Below the pieces are notes generated by a model. The model was not told where the DNA came from, did not search any database, and worked only from the letters and a program-made list of their open reading frames with translations. From Anaerolineae bacterium (lineage in GTDB: Bacteria; Chloroflexota; Anaerolineae; UBA1429): 64,000 nt of DNA. The position numbers and the translations under genes were made by a program. The stretch spans positions 1,728,001 through 1,792,000 of the forward strand of contig OY776562.1 of the NCBI GenBank assembly GCA_963675785.1. Reading direction: 5' to 3'. Of this stretch, positions 9,639-18,089 are shown piece after piece (the first letter of the stretch is position 1; each line of letters begins with the position of its first letter).

Positions 9639-11645
9639 TTAGGAATGATCCGCAGGGACGTCCCAGAAGTAGGTCTGGGTGTTATGGAGATGCTCGTCCT
9701 CAATGGTGTCATCCACTGGCTGGCCGTCAAAAGCAACGTTCTGCAGACCATTCTTGACGATGCATGGAGCCGGCTTTTCGCCCAGGATACCAATCATCGG
9801 CACCTGCTCGACCCAGATGTCCAAGATATTCTTGAAATACTGGTTGCGCGCCTCTTCATCAGCCTCAACCACCATCGCCGCATGGTTGTCCCAGATGTCC
9901 CAGATCCAATGGCCTGCGGGCGGCTCTTCGGCATTAGGATACGTGGCATCCTTGTTGTTGTTCCAGTAAATAGCCCAGGCAGCACACCAGGGGCGGTCGG
10001 TCATAGAGCCAATAAAGATCCACGGTGCCACGATCGGCAGTACTGAGCGGTCACCACCCCAGTTTGCCGCTTCGATCTCGTTGGCCTCATAGTGCTCTGT
10101 GTACAGCGAACGCTCATTGTACTTGTAAGCACAGTTGATGCCTATAGCGTTCAGGTAACCGATAGCCAAAAGGGCGACATCCTCACCCACTGAGCCGCTC
10201 GAGTCAGTGCCTTCGATGGTGAAGGACAACGTGCTGCCATCCGGATACTCGCGGAAACCGTCTCCGTTGGTATCCAAATAACCTGCACCGTCCAACAAGC
10301 TCTTGGCCGTCTCTGGATCGTACTCGATGTAGCCGTTGGTCAACGCCTCATAGTATTGCGGCGAAGCACTGAGGGGGCTGTACTGACGCGGTGTGCACTG
10401 ACCGTCATACACCAATTCGTTGATCTCTTCGCGGTTGATAGCCAGCATAAAGGCCTTGCGCACATCCAGGATATTAAAGAACTCGCGCAGCGGCTCGTTC
10501 TTCGTTGTCAGGTTCAGCTGAATGGCATCGTGGCTGGCACTGATACCCAGAGCAACCTTGTAATCGCCGCTCTCTTCGCTCTCCTTGAAGAGGGTATAGT
10601 TGCCAATGTCCACGCTGCGGTTCTGCATGTCGATCTCGCCGTTCACGATCCACATGTTGAACACGTCGATGGTCTCATACAGACGGTGCTGAATTTTGTC
10701 GATGTAGGGCAACTGCTGCCCGGACTCATCTACCTGCCAGAAATAGGGGTTGCGGTTCATGATGTGCAGCTCGACAGACAGGTCCGTCTCTGGCGTCCAG
10801 GGGAAGAGTAGCGGCACTTCAGGATTGGTGCGCCAGCTCTCCCGATTGCTCCAATAGTCGGTAGGCGAGCTCAAACCAAGCGCCTCTGCCGCAGCCTGCA
10901 ATGTGGCTGCATCGTTAAAGGCGGGGTGGAACTGCTCCAGATAGAAACCGGGTACCTGCGGAATGTTACGGGCAAACTCAAAGGCCAACAACGGCTTGGG
11001 CTCACCATAGGTCAGTGTGAAGGTAAAGTCATCCACAATGCCTAGATCCGCTGCTACACGCGGGCTGCCCCAACCCCAACGCTCGGATGGCGTTGATGTG
11101 ATATCTGTATAGGTCTGCACATTGTCCCAATACCACTTGACCCACTCGGTGGTAAACGGTGTGCCGTCACTGTACTTGGTGCCGGCGCGCAACGTTACTG
11201 TCCACACGGTAGCATCGTCGTTTATCTCCCAGCTCTCGCACAGGTTGGCACGCAGAGCGAGCTCAGGAGTGTACCAAGTCAGACCTTCGTTGATCAACTT
11301 GGAGGGGCCGTTGCCATCCGATGTACCTTTGAAACCACGGCGCAGCGTGCCGCCATAGTTGCCCACCGATTCCATCACCGGGCATACACAGGGATTCTCT
11401 GGCAAACGATCTTCCACCGCCGGAAGCGTACCGGCCTCAACCATTTCGGCCAGCATTGGGGCTTCTGAGAAGGAACTCACTACAGGCGCAGTAGTCGCTG
11501 CTGCGGCAGTTGTGGGTGCAGTAGTCGCTGCTGCGGCAGTTGTGGGCTCGGGCTCCTCAGTCGGCTGGGCACAGGCAACCGCTACCGTCGCAGCAGCTGT
11601 TAGTGCCGATACTCGCAAAAACTCTCGACGCGTTACCTTGGGCAT
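9639..11645 (-). CDS. ABC transporter solute-binding lipoprotein, family 5, copy B
   Basis: Near-identical paralog of 7349-9355; Tat leader TRREFLR, lipobox VAC. Confidence 0.9.
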   Translation of the reverse strand: MPKVTRREFLRVSALTAAATVAVACAQPTEEPEPTTAAAATTAPTTAAAATTAPVVSSFSEAPMLAEMVEAGTLPAVEDRLPENPCVCPVMESVGNYGGTLRRGFKGTSDGNGPSKLINEGLTWYTPELALRANLCESWEINDDATVWTVTLRAGTKYSDGTPFTTEWVKWYWDNVQTYTDITSTPSERWGWGSPRVAADLGIVDDFTFTLTYGEPKPLLAFEFARNIPQVPGFYLEQFHPAFNDAATLQAAAEALGLSSPTDYWSNRESWRTNPEVPLLFPWTPETDLSVELHIMNRNPYFWQVDESGQQLPYIDKIQHRLYETIDVFNMWIVNGEIDMQNRSVDIGNYTLFKESEESGDYKVALGISASHDAIQLNLTTKNEPLREFFNILDVRKAFMLAINREEINELVYDGQCTPRQYSPLSASPQYYEALTNGYIEYDPETAKSLLDGAGYLDTNGDGFREYPDGSTLSFTIEGTDSSGSVGEDVALLAIGYLNAIGINCAYKYNERSLYTEHYEANEIEAANWGGDRSVLPIVAPWIFIGSMTDRPWCAAWAIYWNNNKDATYPNAEEPPAGHWIWDIWDNHAAMVVEADEEARNQYFKNILDIWVEQVPMIGILGEKPAPCIVKNGLQNVAFDGQPVDDTIEDEHLHNTQTYFWDVPADHS

Positions 11646-11714
11646 TTTCTTCTCCTCGTTGTGTGGCCGGTACCAAAGCGCCTCGTTGCGCGCCTCGGTA
11701 TCCGCACCAATGCT

Positions 11715-11762
11715 TAGGTAATAATACCTATTTTTTATATGAATAAAGTAGGCATGTCAAGC
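11715..11762 (-). promoter_or_regulatory. sigma70 promoter and candidate operator of SBP copy B
   Basis: Shares GCTTGACATGCCTA with copy A; palindrome TAGGTA-N4-TACCTA at 11715-11730. Confidence 0.55.
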
Positions 11763-11851
11763 TCTGGAATGACTAAATTGTTTATTTCTAGTTAATATCA
11801 TAGGCCACTTTACCGATACAAAAGTTCTGATAAACTACGGGAGGAGGTGCA

Positions 11852-12259
11852 ATGCTTGTAGGAAATCTCACCCTAAACGATCAAGCTATTGAGGAGCGCT
11901 TTGTTCGCGCTTCGGGGCCGGGCGGTCAAAATGTCAACAAAGTCGCCACGGCAGTGCAACTGCGCCTAAACCTCTCCGAATCTGGATTACCGCTAGATGT
12001 GCGCCAGCGACTAGAGCGCCTGGCTGGCTCACGCCTCACCCAAGAAGGCGTGCTGATCATTGATGCCCAGCGCTTTCGCACACTGGAGCAAAACCGGGAG
12101 GACGCCCGCAACCGCCTGACCGAGCTGGTCGAGCGTGCTGCCAAACCCCCTCGAAAGCGTCGCCCCACTCGTCCCACGCTGGCTTCTCGTCAGCGTCGCC
12201 TCGACAAAAAGCGCCATACCGCAGAGAAAAAACAGCTTCGCAGACGCGTCAATTCCTGA
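11852..12259 (+). CDS. arfB: Alternative ribosome rescue factor B (peptidyl-tRNA hydrolase YaeJ)
   Basis: RASGPGGQNVNKVATAV (GGQ motif), 'QNREDA', basic C-terminal tail RRPTRPT...RRLDKK; RBS GGAGGAGG. Confidence 0.95.
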   Translation: MLVGNLTLNDQAIEERFVRASGPGGQNVNKVATAVQLRLNLSESGLPLDVRQRLERLAGSRLTQEGVLIIDAQRFRTLEQNREDARNRLTELVERAAKPPRKRRPTRPTLASRQRRLDKKRHTAEKKQLRRRVNS

Positions 12260-12424
12260 CCTGCTGTGCAACCACGCCCCAACAGGTTCTACATCTTTTC
12301 TAAACAAGTTGGCTGTACTCTATAGTTTAGAAAACCCACCCATTGGACTGTAAAACTGATTCTGTATCCTTTTCAAAGGTCCCCACAGGCTGGCGAAGAG
12401 ATGGATTGCATCAGGAGAAAGTAA

Positions 12425-13777
12425 ATGAAGAAAACCATCAGAAACACTGTTGTCTTGGCACTAGTCGCCCTACTCACCATTGGCTCAGTTCTGCCCGTTT
12501 TTGCGGATGAATCCACTGCCTTTGTGGCCGCTCGGGGTACTACATACTATACCTTTGACTATGCTGGTGATGAAAGCGACATCACCATTGAAGCATACGC
12601 CACACCAGGTGATGCTAACGCCATGAGCGCATTTGAGCTCAAGCTCCTCGGCCCCGATGGCTCTGTGCTCGAAAACGGCGAGGCTGGCGAGGCTGTCTAC
12701 ACCATCGAAACATCGAGTGATGAAGCTGGCACCTACACCCTCGTCTTTACCAACTATCACGAAGATCTCCCCATTACTGTTACCCTGTTCGTAAATGGTG
12801 ATAGCGTTTCTAATCTGCTCTCTGCTTCGGCCGCAGCAGAAGCTGTAGTGTCTGAAGAAGTGATAGAAGAAGAAACTACAGAAGAAGAGACCACCGTAGA
12901 AGAAGCTGTTGCTGAAGAAGAAACCGCAAGCACCGAGACCGCTGGTACGGCCTTCCCAGCTACAACGACCTCTGATGGTGAAGCTGCTTACGGGCCCTGG
13001 TGGGTTGCCACTGGCCGCGCTTTTACCTATGCCATATTTGAGTATGCCGGCGACGAGAGCACTGCGACTGTAGAGCTCGGTGTGAACCCCGGTGATGCCA
13101 ACGCTATGAGCGCTGTCGTCCTCAAGATTTATGACGCCGATGGCGAACTGGTTGCCACTGGTGAGGCTGACGATGCCATGTATATTGCCGAAATCGAGAG
13201 TGATGTTGCAGGCACCTATGTGATTGAAGCCATTAGCTACAATGCGGACCTGCCCCTGGGCCTTAGCGTCGTGGTCAAGGGTGATGGCGTCAGCGGCGCT
13301 GCGGGCATTTCTGCCGGCGGAGAGCAGATGGACATCATGGATCTGATAGAACTCTCTGCTGCAGAAGCAGGCACCACCACTGTAACCGAAGAGACTGAAG
13401 CTGAAGAAACAGAAGAGGCCGACACCGAGACCATCGAGAGCACAGTAACCGCTGGCTCCCCCGTCTGGTTCAACCTGGACAAGGGCTTTGCCGAATACAC
13501 CTTTGACTATGCCGGCACTTCCGACGAGATCACCATCGAAGTCTGGCCGATCCCGGGCGATGCCCTGGCCATGAGCGGTGTCAACGTCAAATTGTTTGCC
13601 CCGGATGGCTCGCTGGTTGACGTAGCTACTTCTGGCGATGCCGTGTACACCATCGAAGCCACTATCTCAACCAATGGCACATATACCATCGAAGTCGCCA
13701 ACTATCACGAAGAACTACCGCTCACCTTCTGCCTCAAGGTGACTGGCTCGAACGTCGGCACAGTAGCTGCCGAATAA
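12425..13777 (+). CDS. Secreted acidic protein with three ~95-aa beta-sandwich (PPC-like) repeats
   Basis: Sec signal (MKKTIR...VFA); three repeats 'Y.F.YAG.....T.E....PGDA.AMS...LK...DG.......A.Y..E......GTY.....Y...LP' separated by Glu/Thr-rich linkers. Confidence 0.75.
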   Translation: MKKTIRNTVVLALVALLTIGSVLPVFADESTAFVAARGTTYYTFDYAGDESDITIEAYATPGDANAMSAFELKLLGPDGSVLENGEAGEAVYTIETSSDEAGTYTLVFTNYHEDLPITVTLFVNGDSVSNLLSASAAAEAVVSEEVIEEETTEEETTVEEAVAEEETASTETAGTAFPATTTSDGEAAYGPWWVATGRAFTYAIFEYAGDESTATVELGVNPGDANAMSAVVLKIYDADGELVATGEADDAMYIAEIESDVAGTYVIEAISYNADLPLGLSVVVKGDGVSGAAGISAGGEQMDIMDLIELSAAEAGTTTVTEETEAEETEEADTETIESTVTAGSPVWFNLDKGFAEYTFDYAGTSDEITIEVWPIPGDALAMSGVNVKLFAPDGSLVDVATSGDAVYTIEATISTNGTYTIEVANYHEELPLTFCLKVTGSNVGTVAAE

Positions 13778-13809
13778 CACGGTCAATTCAATAAAAAGCA
13801 AGCAGTTCG

Positions 13810-13840
13810 AGACCCCCGCAGTGTGCGGGGGTCTTTCTTT
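13810..13840 (+). terminator. Intrinsic terminator
   Basis: AGACCCCCGCA-gtg-TGCGGGGGTCT followed by TTCTTT. Confidence 0.8.
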
Positions 13841-13931
13841 GTATACAAAAGCAGTAGACTCTTGATTGCAGCACTCTACGTTATGTACAATAGCAACACG
13901 TTTTTATCGTCTACCAGAGAGGACACCCTTT

Positions 13932-15248
13932 GTGCAGAAATTGACTCGCCTGCTGCTCACACTCGCCCTGCTTTTGATTTCCCTAACCGATGTGGCGCTT
14001 GCCAGCCCTGCAACGACATCCTCCGATAACAACTCGTCTGGCGCCTTGATAGATCTGAGCGATATCACCATAAAGGCTGAACAGCCTTACTATCGCGGCA
14101 ATGAGGTTTATACCGGCACACTACAAAGTGTTTACTTGATCAGCAATCCCCAAGGCATAACAGGTCTGGAAGAGACCCCCGATGACTTGGCCAACTATTC
14201 CGTCGAGATTCTCAGCCAAACGAGTACCAGCGTAGAGGTGCGTGTAACCAGCGAGCTTTATGTAAATACCAATCAGGCCTTTCCCATACAAGCTTCGAGC
14301 ATTCCAGATGAACTAGAGCTATATTTGCTACCCACCGACATGGCTCAGAGCGATGATTCAACGATCGTCGCTCTGGCCAATGAGCTCTCGGCAGGCTGCA
14401 CCCTCGAAGGGCAAGTAGTCGACGCGGTCATTGCGTGGGTACGAAGTCATATTGATTATGATTATTACAACGAATATGACACCGATGCTGTATCAGTATT
14501 GGAAAACAAAAAGGCCACATGCGCCGGTTTCATGTTCCTATCACAAGCTCTGCTAAGAGCTTCTGGTATCCCCACCCGCTACACAGCCGGAGCCGCTACT
14601 CCCTATGGCTTTACCAATGACCCCGCTGGCGGGCCTCATGGCTGGATCGAAGTTTATTATCCTGACGCTGGCTGGGTGCCCTGTGATCCTGAAACTTCTG
14701 CAAACTATGTCGATAGCTCCGTCATCCGTGGTGGCTTTGATCAATGCGGCGACACCGGCACCGTTATCGAGCGTACCTCGTTTGTTGACAGTACCGAACT
14801 TCTTTATCGCCTCAAGCTCCCCTATGACGATTTGCCCGACTGGGCCTACACCAGTGGCTATATCACCTCCGCATCTATATCGAGCTGGAACCGTCAGCCT
14901 CTCTCGATTACGCCAACACCGCTTTTCATCCTGGATGTGGATGTCCCTCAGGGTGAGTTCATTGGCACTGTAACCTCAAACAGCAGCTATGATTACTGGC
15001 GCGCCAGCGAGAGCTGCAGCTGGCTGAGCATCAGTGTGAATCAGGGAATGCGCGGCGATAAAATAGGGATCACAGTGGATGCAACCGGGATGACCCCCGG
15101 TATTTATGAAACCGCTCTCACCTTTACAGATGGTCAATTGCTGGAAGGCATTGCCTGGAAGGCTGGGCCGGCCACGTGCACGCTACCCGCCACACTGATC
15201 ATCATGGAAGATGTGAACGAGGTCTATTTACCGCGCATCAGCAAATAG
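13932..15248 (+). CDS. Secreted transglutaminase-like (Cys-His-Asp) protein with BACON-like domain
   Basis: Likely GTG start at 13932; signal peptide; 'ATCAGF..L..ALLRASGIPTR', 'HGWIEVYYP..GWVPCDP'; 'W.ASESCSWLSIS'; C-terminal VYLPRISK. Confidence 0.85.
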   Translation: MQKLTRLLLTLALLLISLTDVALASPATTSSDNNSSGALIDLSDITIKAEQPYYRGNEVYTGTLQSVYLISNPQGITGLEETPDDLANYSVEILSQTSTSVEVRVTSELYVNTNQAFPIQASSIPDELELYLLPTDMAQSDDSTIVALANELSAGCTLEGQVVDAVIAWVRSHIDYDYYNEYDTDAVSVLENKKATCAGFMFLSQALLRASGIPTRYTAGAATPYGFTNDPAGGPHGWIEVYYPDAGWVPCDPETSANYVDSSVIRGGFDQCGDTGTVIERTSFVDSTELLYRLKLPYDDLPDWAYTSGYITSASISSWNRQPLSITPTPLFILDVDVPQGEFIGTVTSNSSYDYWRASESCSWLSISVNQGMRGDKIGITVDATGMTPGIYETALTFTDGQLLEGIAWKAGPATCTLPATLIIMEDVNEVYLPRISK

Positions 15249-15276
15249 CCTCGTCCTTTTGATCTCGACAAACGGC

Positions 15277-15313
15277 AAAAAGAAGAAAGCCTCTGCAAAA
15301 GCAGAGGCTTTCT
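15277..15313. terminator. Intrinsic terminator (stronger U-tract on the minus strand)
   Basis: AGAAAGCCTCTGC-aaaa-GCAGAGGCTTTCT; the minus strand continues TCTTTTT. Confidence 0.8.
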
Positions 15314-15335
15314 CATTCGTCAGTGATTACAAATT

Positions 15336-15468
15336 GGGTGCCCTGGCACTCCCCGCCAGATAACTCGGAAACCCGAGTTACCGGATACGAGGAGATGGTG
15401 CCAGGGCACTCATAGTAGAGCTATGTTGCATGCACACCACCTCCTTTCCTTACTAGGATAGGAGAAGC
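15336..15468 (-). ncRNA. Candidate structured RNA or small-ORF element of unknown family
   Basis: Minus strand: a hairpin sequestering AAAGGAGG, then ATG-17 codons-TAA (15431-15378), overlapping a ~72-nt rod hairpin (15338-15409) whose G.U pairs form only on the minus strand; followed by a terminator. Confidence 0.5.
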
Positions 15469-15490
15469 TTAGCAGAGCGAATTCACTGTG

Positions 15491-15793
15491 TCAAGTACGC
15501 ACCAAAGAGTTCACTTCGCCCCCAAACGTCTCTACTTGCCCATCCGCCCGCTCATCAAGATTCCAGGTGACGCGATTGACCACATAGCGATACTCGAATT
15601 CTTTGTCGCGAGGCAGCTCTAGCGTAACCCGCCAGGGTGAATCAGAAGCCTCCGGTCGGTGCAAAGGCAGTGAATTATGGCTCCAGCCGTTGAAATCACC
15701 AGCCAAACAGACTGATTCGCACCAAGGCGTCTGGGGGAATTCAAACGTCACGCTCACTGTATCTTCTCTGGATCCTTGATTTTTCCTCAACAT
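15491..15793 (-). CDS. Glycogen-binding CBM48 / isoamylase early-set domain protein
   Basis: ATG at 15793; 'VTFEFP', 'VCLAGDFNGWS', 'W.VTLELP....FEYRYVVN...W..D..AD', 'NSLV'. Confidence 0.85.
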   Translation of the reverse strand: MLRKNQGSREDTVSVTFEFPQTPWCESVCLAGDFNGWSHNSLPLHRPEASDSPWRVTLELPRDKEFEYRYVVNRVTWNLDERADGQVETFGGEVNSLVRT

Positions 15794-15892
15794 ATTGCAC
15801 CCCACAGAATACAGCCCTTGTACATCCTCAATTTTATCAGTAGTATGTAGGTTATGTCAATCAAAATTCATTAACAAGTTGTTCACAATCGC

Positions 15893-15964
15893 TTGACAGG
15901 CGCTCTTTCTAGTGTTAATGTATCTGCAATGAGAGCGCTCCCACTCAATCAAAGAGCGCTCCTT
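15893..15964 (+). promoter_or_regulatory. sigma70 promoter with tandem LacI-family operators
   Basis: TTGACA at 15893-15898 with a -10-like TTAATG/TAATGT about 17 nt later; TGAGAGCGCTCCCA (15930-15943) and AAAGAGCGCTCCTT (15951-15964), palindromes with a central CG. Confidence 0.75.
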
Positions 15965-16047
15965 GTTCCAGTCTCTGGGCGTGTTCGTTGATATCTGGTA
16001 TCGATAGTGATCCCAAACCCCACCATCTGGACCCAAGGAGGTCTAAA

Positions 16048-18012
16048 ATGCGCCATGTATCTCGAAGAGAGTTCCTTCGCGTCTCTGCCCTAGTAAGCGC
16101 CAGTGCCGTTGCCGCAGCTTGCTCCAAGCCGACGGCGACACCCGAGCCAGCCGCTACGACTGTGCCCACTAGTGCTTCTGAGACTCAGCCGACAACTGCA
16201 GTAGTTGTCAGCCAGTACAGTCAGGCCCCTATGCTGGACGGCCTGGACTTGCCCGCCCTCGAAGATCGTCTACCCGAGAACCCCATCGTCATCGAGCCCT
16301 ATGAATCTATCGGCACCTATGGCGGCACGTGGAACATGGTGACCAACACCACGCCCACCAGCCATGCTTACGAATTGCTCTGCTATGAGCAGCTCTTGCG
16401 CATGTCAGCTGGAGGCACTCCCATCATCTCCAACCTCGCCGAGAGCTGGACGATGTCAGATGACGGCACAACCTTTACTTTCAATCTCATGAAGGGCGTC
16501 AAGTTCTCTGATGGAGAACCCTTTACCACTGCCGACATCCTCTTCTGGTTGGACGATGTGCACCTCAATACCGATCTGTATAGCTCATTCCCAAGCTGGC
16601 TCATTGTTGGTGGAGAGAAACCCACTGTGACCGCGGCGGACGACTATACGGTAACTTTCCAGTACTCGAACCCGGCGCCATTCTTTACTCTCCAAATCGC
16701 CTACCCCACCCATGAGACGTATCTACCCAAGCACTATATGGAGCAGTTCCATGCGGACTTTGCTGCACAGGCTGACCTAGATGCCCTGGTAGCAGCGCAA
16801 AGCTACAGCGCCTGGACGGACATGTTCCTGACCAAGTCGAACTGGGAATCCAACCAAGAACTGCCCATGCTTTTTGCCTGGCAGATGAAGGTTTACGCTG
16901 AAGACGGCTGCACCTGGGAGCGTAACCCCTACTACTACAAAGTCGATACCGAAGGCAATCAGTTGCCCTATATCGACAACATCCAGTCTCAAGTAGCGGC
17001 CGGTGTTGATGTGGCCCAGATGATGGCCTTCTCTGGAGAAGCCGAGCTTCAGACCTTCTCTGTAGGCCAGTTCCCAGCTGACACCATGATCCTCAAGCAG
17101 AACACCGAGATGGGCAACTATACCGTCGTTGATGCCCCCATCGGCGAAGCCAACGTGTGTAACTTTGGCTTTAACATGACCTATGAGGACGAAGCCCTGC
17201 GTACCCTCTTCCGCAACAAGGACTTTCGCATTGCTATGTCATACGCAGTCAACCGCGAAGACATTCGCCAACTCATTTATCTTGGCCAGCCGGTAGAGAT
17301 CCGCCAGTGCGCCCCGCTGCGTAAGAGCCCCTGGTATCATGAAGCTGCAGCGCAGAACTATGTCGAGTATGATGTAGACACAGCCAACGAGATGCTCGAT
17401 TCCATCGGACTGACCGAACGTGATGCAGACGGCTACCGCTTGCTGGATGGCCAGCCGCTTTCTATCGTCATCGAAATCATGTCCAAGCGCACCGACTTTA
17501 TTGATGCCATGGAGATGGTGGCCACAAACTGGCAAGAAGTGGGCGTAAACACCACTGCCAAGTCCACCGAGACCTCGCTCTACTCGGATAGAATGAATGG
17601 CAACCAGCTCATGGCCGGCGTCTACTATGCTGGCCCTGGCATCCAGACGCCGATAGACCCAAGCCGCGTGCTGCCCATAAGTGTAAGCAATGTTTGGGCA
17701 CCGCTTTGGGGCACCTGGCGAGCCACTGATGGCGCCTCTGGTGAAGAGCCGCCGGCGGAGGTTCTCAGACAGTTCGAGCTTTATGATGAGCTCGTGGTCA
17801 CCGTCGATGATGCTCGCGCCAAAGAACTCTGGGCTGAGTTGATGGACATCCAGGCCGAGAACATGTGGGCCTATGGTATCTGCGACCGAGCCAGCGTGCC
17901 CATCGTGGTTGCCAATAGTTTCCACAATGTTCCCGCAACAGGTTGGGACATCTCCTGGGAGGCAGGAAACATCGGTACTACCAATCCTTGCCAATACTGG
18001 AAAGAAGCCTAA
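16048..18012 (+). CDS. ABC transporter solute-binding lipoprotein, family 5 (third, divergent SBP)
   Basis: ATG at 16048 after AAGGAGG; Tat SRREFLR, lipobox AAC; 'ERNPYYYKVD.EGNQLPYID'. Confidence 0.9.
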   Translation: MRHVSRREFLRVSALVSASAVAAACSKPTATPEPAATTVPTSASETQPTTAVVVSQYSQAPMLDGLDLPALEDRLPENPIVIEPYESIGTYGGTWNMVTNTTPTSHAYELLCYEQLLRMSAGGTPIISNLAESWTMSDDGTTFTFNLMKGVKFSDGEPFTTADILFWLDDVHLNTDLYSSFPSWLIVGGEKPTVTAADDYTVTFQYSNPAPFFTLQIAYPTHETYLPKHYMEQFHADFAAQADLDALVAAQSYSAWTDMFLTKSNWESNQELPMLFAWQMKVYAEDGCTWERNPYYYKVDTEGNQLPYIDNIQSQVAAGVDVAQMMAFSGEAELQTFSVGQFPADTMILKQNTEMGNYTVVDAPIGEANVCNFGFNMTYEDEALRTLFRNKDFRIAMSYAVNREDIRQLIYLGQPVEIRQCAPLRKSPWYHEAAAQNYVEYDVDTANEMLDSIGLTERDADGYRLLDGQPLSIVIEIMSKRTDFIDAMEMVATNWQEVGVNTTAKSTETSLYSDRMNGNQLMAGVYYAGPGIQTPIDPSRVLPISVSNVWAPLWGTWRATDGASGEEPPAEVLRQFELYDELVVTVDDARAKELWAELMDIQAENMWAYGICDRASVPIVVANSFHNVPATGWDISWEAGNIGTTNPCQYWKEA

Positions 18013-18089
18013 CAACGGGGTAACGGCTTTGGGGTTCTCGCCTATATGGCGAGAACCCCTCTATGAAACGACCCAAGGGGTAGGTTCGA

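Larger units (their letters stand above)
7288..11630. repeat. Tandem segmental duplication, period 2290 bp (SBP gene plus 3' UTR/terminator)
   Basis: About 7288-9340 aligns without indels to about 9578-11630; both proteins are 668 aa; about 60 bp of 3' UTR is identical. Confidence 0.9.

Noticed and set aside
9453-10046. 197-aa plus-strand ORF and similar duplicated antisense ORFs (8066-8521, 10356-10811)
   Set aside because: Shadow ORFs opposite the SBP genes that run through a terminator hairpin; they recur only because the SBP is duplicated.
7349-11645. Diversity-generating retroelement (TR/VR pair) explaining the near-identical SBP copies
   Set aside because: No reverse transcriptase in the window, differences are not adenine-specific, and both copies are full-length genes.
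15378-15431. Type I toxin call for the 17-aa ORF
   Set aside because: The peptide lacks a hydrophobic TM segment and no convergent antitoxin promoter/terminator pair is evident; kept only as an unassigned element.
15871-15888. Rex operator TTAACAA-GTTG-TTCACAA
   Set aside because: The left half-site matches only 4 of 7 positions of TTGTGAA; too weak to call.
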